Positions 56,891-64,000 of a DNA stretch of 64,000 bases are shown here, in pieces. The stretch comes from a virus. The position numbers and the translations under genes were made by a program. Positions within the stretch are counted from its first letter, which is position 1. Each line of letters begins with the position of its first letter. The stretch spans positions 30,887 to 94,886 of the IMG/VR virus record IMGVR_UViG_3300025073_000036, one strand, 5' to 3'. The notes under the pieces are model-generated. The model had not been told where the DNA came from. It made no database searches and worked only from the letters and a program-made list of their open reading frames with translations.

Positions 56891-58998
56891 AGCTGTTTTC
56901 GTGGGGAGAGCGTTTCACCGCCCGTGCCGGGCTGACCTTCACCATGCCGGTCTACGACGACGAGCTGCGCAAGGGCATGCTCGAGGACGGTTTGACGAGC
57001 ATCCGTCTCGTGCCGCTGCCGCCCGTGCTCGGCGCGCTGCTGTGGGCCGGCGAGTCGTTGCAGCTCGTGAAGGCCGCGACGCACAAGTACATCCGCAAAG
57101 TGCCGGACGGCAAAGGCGGGTGGCGCTACTTCTACGCCGTGACCGGCGGCAAGGGGCTCGGCCACGAGGACGAGGTGCAAACCGGGGCGGCGTTCAAGCT
57201 GACGCACAACGGCCAGGCCGGGCACTTCCACGTCACCGGTCGGGACGCCAACGGCAAGATCACGATCAAGCACGACGAGAGCGGGCACACCGAAACGCTC
57301 GACCCGGCCGTGTTTGTGGCCATGCTGCACCGGGAGCACGCCACCGCGCTCGACGCGCACACGAAGCGCCTGGCCGACACGCTCAAGGCCGCTCGTCAGC
57401 ACGGCACCGCGCGCCACGTCGCCCGCCTCGAGGCCGAGGCCGGCAAGTACGGCCACACCCGGCACCTGGTCGGCGGGGCGGAGCCCGAGCAGGCCGACGG
57501 CGACGCCGGCAACCGTTCCATCGATCTGAGTCGCAAGCTGACCGAGCTCCGAAAGCGACAGCCGCGTCCGCTGGCCAAGATGTTCGGGACCAAGGGGCCG
57601 ACCCCGGAGCAAAAGGCGAAGTACGACGCCGATGCTCGCGCTTGGCAGTCCGAGTACCGGAAGACGCAGGCGGCCCACAAGAAAGCCGTCGAGGCCTCCA
57701 ACGCGGAGATCCACGCGAAGCGGGCTGCAGAGACCGGCCCGGCATCCGATGCGCTGGCGACCGCCCGCGCTCACCTCGAGGACGCCAAGGCCAAGGCGAA
57801 GGCGGGGGACAAGGCCGGCGCGCAGGCCGAGATGAAAGCCGCCGAGGCCCACGCGGCCGTCGTGCGGGCGCACAAGGAAGGCGGAGACACCGAGAAGGCG
57901 GGCAAGGTGGCCGAGGCCGCTACGGCCGCCGCTGGCGGCCCACCGGAGCACAAGCGCGCCGTGCCCGATCAGGTCACGGGCGACGAGCAGCGCCAGCGCG
58001 AGGAGGCGGCCCGGAAGAGTGCCGACAAGCGGCGCGGGACGGGCAAGCCGGAGCAGGGCGCGCCGGTCACCGCCGGAGACGTGAAGGTCGGCGAGCGGGT
58101 GACGGACGGCAAAGGCCGCACCTGGGAGCGGACCGGCTCGTCGTGGAAGGGCGTGAAGGCCGACGGCTCGCCCACCGGCGACATCAGCACCGACAAGGCC
58201 ATCGGGCGCGAGACCCTGCGGCGTGCGCTGCACAACGACGGGGACCGCGCCGTCGCCGCCGATGCCATCCACCGCGCGGCCGGCGAGGCCCACGCCAAAG
58301 GCGACTTCGAGACCCGCAACCGGCTGCAGGACGAGGCCGCCAACCTCATGCCGTCCACGGCCAGTGGGCGGCCGATCCCGCCGGCCGATGTCACGGCCGA
58401 CGAGCGGGCCGAGCACGCGGCCGACTTCGGCGCGCGTGACCACGCCGACGCGGCCGCGCACCACGCGGCCGAGGCCCGGACGGCCGAGGCGTCGGGCAAC
58501 GAACAGGCGGCCGATCTGCACCAGACTGCGGCCGAGCAGCACCGCGAGGCCGTGGTCGAGGCCGTTCAGAGCGGGCAGATCCACGGGCCGAACACGCTGG
58601 CCCTGGAGAACGGCAAGGCCCTGCCGCCCCACGACGCGCCGCCGGCCGCCTGGGACAAGGCCACCGCCGGGTTCAGCGCGGCCGATCACGACGAGGCCGC
58701 CGCCCTGCACCGGGCCAAGTGGCTGGGGTCGCCCGACGACGACGCCGAATCGGCCGGACACATGGCGGCCGCTGCGCGCCACGCCAAGGCGGCCGAGGAC
58801 ATGACGGCCGATCCGAAGGGCGGCGAGCGCGGCCAGTCGCACACGAAGCTCGAGCCGCACGAGCGCGACATGCTGCGCCATTTCGTCGAGGACACGGTCA
58901 AGCACCGCCTCGACGACCTCAAGCAGGGCCTCAAGGAGGTACTGGTACAGTTTGAATCGGGTGGGCGAGGCGGGCAGGGTGGGCCGTCAGCACTCTGA
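56887..58998 (+). pseudogene. 5' part of a second large virion-internal protein, interrupted by the IS at codon 684
   Basis: Shares its N-terminal module with the 46284 protein; frame runs into the left IR and stops at 58998. Confidence 0.8.
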
Positions 58999-59001
58999 CG
59001 G

Positions 59002-59199
59002 TTAAGCGGCTTCGTTGTCTTCGCTGGCAGCGTTGAGCACCAGCTCGCGAATCCACGCCGACAGGTCCAGGCCGCGCGCTTCCGCCGCCGCCTGAATCAG
59101 ATCGCGCTGCTCATCCGTGACCCGGAACCGGATCACGTCTTCCTTGCGCCCCGCGTCTTCTTTGCGGGGTCGCCCCCGCCGTCTCGTTGCTGTTTCCAT
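59002..59199 (-). CDS. Ribbon-helix-helix regulator with AT-hook-like RGRP
   Basis: RRRGRPRK...IRFRVTDEQRDLIQAAAEARGLDLSAWIR. Confidence 0.8.
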   Translation of the reverse strand: METATRRRGRPRKEDAGRKEDVIRFRVTDEQRDLIQAAAEARGLDLSAWIRELVLNAASEDNEAA

Positions 59200-59248
59200 A
59201 CCCGTATATGTAGCCACGAAAAATCGACCGGGCAAGCTCTTTTCCGCC

Positions 59249-59282
59249 TTGCACCCCTGAATTAATGTAGCTACATTAATTC
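59249..59282 (+). promoter_or_regulatory. Transposase promoter overlapped by a perfect 24-bp palindrome
   Basis: TTGCAC-17-TACATT; GAATTAATGTAG|CTACATTAATTC at 59259-59282. Confidence 0.75.
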
Positions 59283-59331
59283 CAGACGAGGGGGACAGCC
59301 CCGGAAAAAGAAACCCCGCCACGACTGCAAT

Positions 59332-59510
59332 CGGAGGCGGGGTCAACCCAGAGCGGCAAGCCGCCTTGAGCCCTTGGCAGGGACTCGAAGGATGGCCGGC
59401 CCGCTCCCCGTACGCAAGCGGAGGCGGGGTCAACCCAGAGCGGCAAGCCGCCTTGAGCCCTTGGCAGGGACTCGAAGGATGGCCGGCCCGCTCCCCGTAC
59501 GCAAGCGGAG
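59332..59510 (+). repeat. Exact 87-bp tandem duplication in the transposase leader
   Basis: 59332-59418 equals 59419-59505, followed by a further CGGAG. Confidence 0.9.
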
Positions 59511-59517
59511 AGTCACC

Positions 59518-60372
59518 GTGGCCAACGTCCTGAAGTTCGAGAAGAAGGTCGCCGTCGTTTCCATGCTGGTCGAGGGCTGCTCGATCAACTCCATCGTCCG
59601 CATGACCGGCGTACACAAGACGACGATCCTCAACCTCCTGGTCGATGTCGGCGACGCCTGCGCTGACCTTCTCGATGCCAACGTGCGGGACGTGCCTGCC
59701 TGCGAGGTCCAGGTCGATGAGATCTGGTCTTACGTCGGGAAGAAGCAGGGGCACCTCACCCCGGACGACCGCATGGAGCGGCCGGAGCTGGGCGACGCCT
59801 ACACGTTCGTCGCCATCGACGCCGACTCGAAGCTGATCATCTCCCACATCGTCGGGAAGCGGGACGGATGGCACGCCAACCGCTTCATGAAGGACGTGGC
59901 GATGCGGGTGAACGGCCGCCGCATTCAGGTCACGTCGGACGGCTTCGCGCCCTACGTTGAGGCCGTCGAGGTCGCCTTCGGCTGCGACGTGGACTACGCG
60001 ATGGCGATCAAGGAATACGACGGCGAGGACGCCGGCCGGGGGCGCTACAGCCCGCCGCGCGTCAAGCGCGTCGAGAAGATCCCGATGGTCGGCAACCCGC
60101 GCATGGAGGCGATCAGCACCTCCTACGTCGAGCGGCAGAACCTCACGATGCGCATGAACATGCGCCGCTTCACCCGCCTCACCAACGCCTTCAGCAAGAA
60201 GCTGGAGAACCTCAAGGCCGCCGTTGCCCTGCACTTCGCCTTCTACAACTTCTGCCGGATTCACGAGTCGCTGAAGGTCACGCCCGCCATGCAGGCCGGG
60301 CTGGTCGGGTCCATGTGGACCATCGCCGATCTCGTCTCGTGGTCGGAGAGCGCAGTCGCCCAGGCGGCATAA
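59518..60372 (+). CDS. IS1-family DDE transposase (single ORF)
   Basis: N-terminal HTH; VQVDEIWSYV, TSDG, STSYVERQN, RRFTRLTNAFSKK. Confidence 0.92.
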   Translation: MANVLKFEKKVAVVSMLVEGCSINSIVRMTGVHKTTILNLLVDVGDACADLLDANVRDVPACEVQVDEIWSYVGKKQGHLTPDDRMERPELGDAYTFVAIDADSKLIISHIVGKRDGWHANRFMKDVAMRVNGRRIQVTSDGFAPYVEAVEVAFGCDVDYAMAIKEYDGEDAGRGRYSPPRVKRVEKIPMVGNPRMEAISTSYVERQNLTMRMNMRRFTRLTNAFSKKLENLKAAVALHFAFYNFCRIHESLKVTPAMQAGLVGSMWTIADLVSWSESAVAQAA

Positions 60373-60377
60373 CGCTT

Positions 60378-60400
60378 GACGCCGTGGAAGGCGTTTTTTC
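60378..60400 (+). terminator. Possible intrinsic terminator after the transposase
   Basis: GACGCC-GTGGAA-GGCGTT followed by T run. Confidence 0.4.
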
Positions 60401-60437
60401 TTGTGGTTATGTGGTTGTGTGTGATCCAATGTGATCC

Positions 60438-63031
60438 ATGACGCAAGCCGCAATCGACGCCGACTACCTCTTCTGCCCCGTTCGCGGGCAGCTCAACGTC
60501 AAGGAACGGGCCAAGGACGGCCTGAAGTTCACCGAGGAGAAGTGCCGGATCGATGCCATCCGGTACATGCTCACCAAGGGCTACCCCAAGGACCACTTCG
60601 GCATTGAGACGACGCTGCTGCGGCTGGGCAATCAGGGCAGAAACTCATTCCGCGTGGACTTCTCGGTCTACGACGTGCCCTTCACCGACATCGCCAAGGC
60701 CCCACTGGACGAGCGCACCCCGCACATCAAGCTCGTGGCGGAGATCAAGCGCGACAACAGCACGGCGACGACTGCCAAGGCCACGCAGGTTCTCCCCGCC
60801 ATCAAGCTCCTCGACGACTTCACCGCGTTTGGCGTCTATTGGGACGACGTGGAACAGCGGTTCTTCTACCGGACGCTGGAACAGAAGATTGCGCAGATCC
60901 ACGAGGCGCCGATCAGCAAGCTCCCGAGGTGGGGGCAGGGCGTCATTTCGACCGCATTGACCTACGGCGACCTGCGCACCCCACAGGAACTGCTCAAGGT
61001 CTTCGACGAGATCGAGGTGGAGCTGCATCCGCACGTCGCGGACAAGGCCAAGCGATACGCGATCCTGCTGCAACTGCTGCTGGTGAAGATCGACGACGAG
61101 AATCGGCACGTTCGCGCGCCGACCGCCGCCCTGGACCTTCAGGACTTCTCGGAGGCGGCGGTCGCCGACGCCGTGGTCGTGGCGAAGATGGACGAGCTGC
61201 TGGGCCGCGCCCTTCAGCACTACCAGCACCACCTCCCCGAGCCCATCGCCACGCGCATCCAGGCACCGCCAGAGGCCATCCGTCGGGCGACGAAGATCCT
61301 CGCCCCTGTGAACCTGCTGCGGTCCCAGAAGGAGGTCATTCAGGCGTTCTACATGAAGTTCGCCAAGAGCCTCTACAAGTGGGATCTGGCCCAATACTTC
61401 ACGCCCAACGAGGTCATCGACTTCATCGTGGACATCGCGAGCCCGCAGTACGGCGAGCACGTCAAAGACCCCGCCTGCGGTAGCGCGGACTTCCTCGTGA
61501 GCGCCTTCCGAAAGAGCGGCCAGTCGCCCGACGCGGCGCACTGCATCTGGGGGTCGGACAACAGCGGGCAGGCCGTTCAGGTGAGCGTGCTCAACATGCT
61601 GCTGAACGGTGATGGCAAGTCGAACATCACCAAAGAGGACAGCCTGGAGTGCTACGGCCCCGACGGCCGAACCTACGACGTGGTGCTGTGCAACCCGCCG
61701 TTCGGCGTGAAGATCGTCGAGAAGCGGTTTTCCGTCCTGCGGAAATTCGACATGGGCCACGCCTGGTCCCCCGGCGCCAGCGGACGCCTGGAGCGCACCG
61801 AAACCGTCCTGACGCAGCAGGAAACGGGCATCCTCTTCGCCGAGCTGTGCGTGCGGTCGGTGAGGCCGGGCGGCCGGGTGGGCATCATCTTGCCCAACGG
61901 CTACCTGGGCAACGCGGGCGGCACCTACCTCGCCCTGCGGGAATGGCTGCTGCGCCACGCCCGGATCGTCGGCGTGGTCGGCTTCCCCCGCTTCACGTTC
62001 AAGAAGTCCGGCGCCGACGTGAGCGCGTCGGTGGTCTTCCTCGAACGCCGGGATACCCCGCTGGCACGGGCCGAGGACTCTGACGACTACCGCTTCTTTG
62101 TCGGCATGGTGGACAACGTGGGCTGGCGGGCCGGGGACAAGGCCAGCGTGCCCGTGTTCAAGCGCACCCCCGAAACCGGCGCTTTGGAGCTGGACGAGGC
62201 CAACAACCCGATCATAGATTCGGACTTCGTCAAGCTCACCGAGGAGTTCATTCGCTCCGCGGCTGGGGACCGCTTTGCGTGGTTACGGGGGGGGGGGGGG
62301 GGGGGGGGGGGGGCGCAACTCCAGACCCCACCAAGGCCAACGCCTGGAGCGTTTCGGTCAAGGGCGTCGTCAGCTCGCCGCGTCTGCTCATCGACCCGAA
62401 GCGGCTGTGTGAGAAGTTCGTCCGACTCCAGACGGCGATCAAGGGCGCCCCGCACTTCCAGCTCCGTGACGTGCTCGAAGAGGTGAAGGCGGCCGGTTTC
62501 AAGGCCAAGGCGGCCGAATTCTACCAGTACGTCGAGATCCAGCGCGTGGGCATCGGCACCTTCGACTACGAGGAGCTGCGAGGCTGGCAGCTCCCATCGC
62601 GAGCGAAGTTGCGCGCCGAGGTCGGGGACATCTTCATCGCCTCGATTTGGAGTAGCGCCGGCAAGTGGTTCATGGCTGGCGGGGTGACGACCGCGATGGT
62701 TGTGACCAACGGCTTCACGCGACTGCGGCTCAAGGCTGGCATGGAGGAGTACCTGCCGGACATCGTGGCGGGCCTGTCCTCCGAAGCCTTCCGGGTACAG
62801 ATGCGGGGCTACGCGACCGGGTCTGACGGGCTGGCCGAGATCCCCACCACCGATCTGCTCGACATCGTGCTCCCCAAGCTCCAAGGTGAGGACGCCCGGA
62901 AGAAGCTGGGCGACACCGCCGCGCGGCTCCGAAATGCGGAGGTGACGCTGGAGCGAACCGTTGACGTGTCCTGCGCTGGCGAGGCGTTGCCCAAGGTGCC
63001 GCGGCGCAAGGATCACTGGGCGCTGGTCTAA
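60438..63031 (+). CDS. Type IIG-like fused restriction-modification enzyme (nuclease + N6-MTase + TRD), frameshifted at a G27 tract
   Basis: RVD...AEIK, QYFTP, DPACGSADFL, CNPPFG; frame stops at 62486; TRD-like part (LPSRAK...GDIFIAS...TNGF) continues in another frame to 63031. Confidence 0.8.
62287..62313 (+). repeat. Poly-G homopolymer (27 G)
   Basis: Counted directly. Confidence 0.9.
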
Positions 63032-63084
63032 CCGTCATAGTCCTGACGGTTTCCTGTGGGTCGGATTCAAACTGTACCAGTACC

Positions 63085-64000
63085 CGGCATCGCCGAAGAG
63101 GACCGCGAGAACGCCGTCACGCCCGGGATGGAGCGCGTTCTCGCGCGCGCCCTGCGAGGCGAGGCCACGGCGTCGATCCTGGGCCGGGGCGGCGAGGGCG
63201 GCAAGGCCTCCAAGATCCAGCGGCTCAACAACGACGAGCTGGCCGCCCTGCCGCCCGCCAAGGGGTCGAGCGGGTGGAAGGCCATGGCCGAGCGCGCCAC
63301 GCAGCAGCAGGCCGGCGTCCAGGCCAGCCGACAGGCCCGGGACCAGCGGGCGCAGGGCTACCTCGACGGGCTCACGGACAAGTCCCACAAGGCCTACGCC
63401 CTGGCCGCCGGCATCGCCATCATGCACGGCGGGGAGATCAAGCTCCCACGAGGCAAGGCCGGCCAGCCGGCGGCCGATCTGCCCAAGGACGTGAAGATGC
63501 GCCTACGGCGCGAGATCGCGCAGGCCATGGGGCACGGCGGCCCGGGCGCGGCCCCGGTCGAGATCGCCGAGACGCGCACCGACGCGCCGCTGCCGAAAGA
63601 CCTGTATCAGGCCGCCAGGAAGGGCCTCGCGCCGTCCGTGGAGACCACCGTTGGCGCCCGCCGGGCGCAGGAGGCCGCGCAGGCCCCGGCGGCGCCGAAG
63701 CCGGACAACGCGAAGGCGTCCGCTCACGAGAGCCGGGCACGCGCCTACGAGCTCACCGGCGACAAAGAAGGCGCGGCCCTGCACCGGGAGGCCGCAGCCG
63801 CTCACGGGAGCGGCGCACCTGGCGCGCAGGACGCCAGCGACAAGGCGGAGGCCTGGCGCGGCGGTTGGAATGTTGGCGCCGCCGACGATCCGGCGCAACC
63901 CGGCGCGGGCGGCAAGCACGATGAGACGTGGCAGGCCGGGCATGCCCACGGCGCGGCATTCAGCGCGGGCGGTAGCGCCAGCGGCAAGAATCCGCACCCG
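63085..64000 (+). pseudogene. 3' continuation of the 56887 gene, open to the window end
   Basis: GA(58936-7)+C(63085) gives GAC, restoring ...LKDGIAEEDRENAV...; no stop through 64000. Confidence 0.85.

Larger units (their letters stand above)
58938..63084 (+). mobile_element. IS1-family (ISMhu11-like) transporter IS, 4147 bp, with passenger genes
   Basis: Perfect 21-bp IRs GGTACTGGTACAGTTTGAATC (58938-58958) and GATTCAAACTGTACCAGTACC (63064-63084); no target duplication. Confidence 0.9.
1..64000. mobile_element. Tailed phage / prophage genome segment (both boundaries outside the window)
   Basis: Terminase, portal, gpF-like head protein, endolysin, tail fibre and lambdoid replication genes; tightly coupled small ORFs; no host genes. 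Confidence 0.95.

Noticed and set aside
46710-57470. Duplicated module as a DGR template/variable repeat pair
   Set aside because: Differences are not adenine-specific, both copies are N-terminal coding sequence, and no reverse transcriptase is present in the window
59332-59510. 87-bp repeats as a CRISPR array
   Set aside because: Only two contiguous copies, no spacers, no cas genes
59200-60453. 483-aa minus-strand ORF 59002-60453
   Set aside because: Antisense to the transposase; only the last 65 codons (RHH) look real
62279-63031. Independent HsdS gene starting at 62279
   Set aside because: No RBS and it begins in poly-Gly; better explained as the frameshifted C-terminus of the 60438 gene
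1-64000. Many long antisense or alternate-frame ORFs in the track (e.g. 579-2972 -, 38425-40638 -, 46425-48668 -, 56575-58905 -)
   Set aside because: Shadow ORFs expected at high GC; Arg/Pro/Gly-rich, no motifs, and they overlap well-supported genes

Overview
Very GC-rich window that reads end to end as a tailed-phage (Caudoviricetes) genome segment, probably a prophage because it carries an IS insertion. No host housekeeping genes, integrase or CI repressor are visible. Gene order is: end of a tail module (beta-helix tail fibre/spike); a small divergent accessory operon; lysis genes (Amidase_2 endolysin, holin-like and membrane genes); a leftward early operon (ASCH-like proteins, a protein with two bL12-like domains, SbcC/SbcD, a putative single-strand annealing protein, Cro-like HTH); a rightward replication/middle operon (initiator with internal iterons, DnaC-like loader, VRR-NUC, four orphan DNA methyltransferases, DUF5131, NDT-like proteins, SleB-like hydrolase); small and large terminase; a leftward DpdA + Mom/XF1762-like DNA-modification operon; a ~460-nt highly structured non-coding region with its own promoter; and head genes (giant polyvalent protein, InPase, portal, gpF-like, second giant protein). 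The last gene is split by a 4147-bp IS1-family transporter element that has no target duplication and carries an RHH regulator and a type IIG-like R-M gene broken by a G27 tract. Most notable observations: (1) the candidate large phage ncRNA; (2) a shared LxK[AG] / (K/R)AD[AD]LLxxVR tag and a duplicated module on head-region proteins, suggesting a cargo-loading/processing system; (3) DpdA translationally coupled to a Mom-like GNAT; (4) a 17-bp operator repeated at nearly all phage promoters found; (5) the IS1 cargo element. All calls are from motif recognition by eye; no database searches were run.
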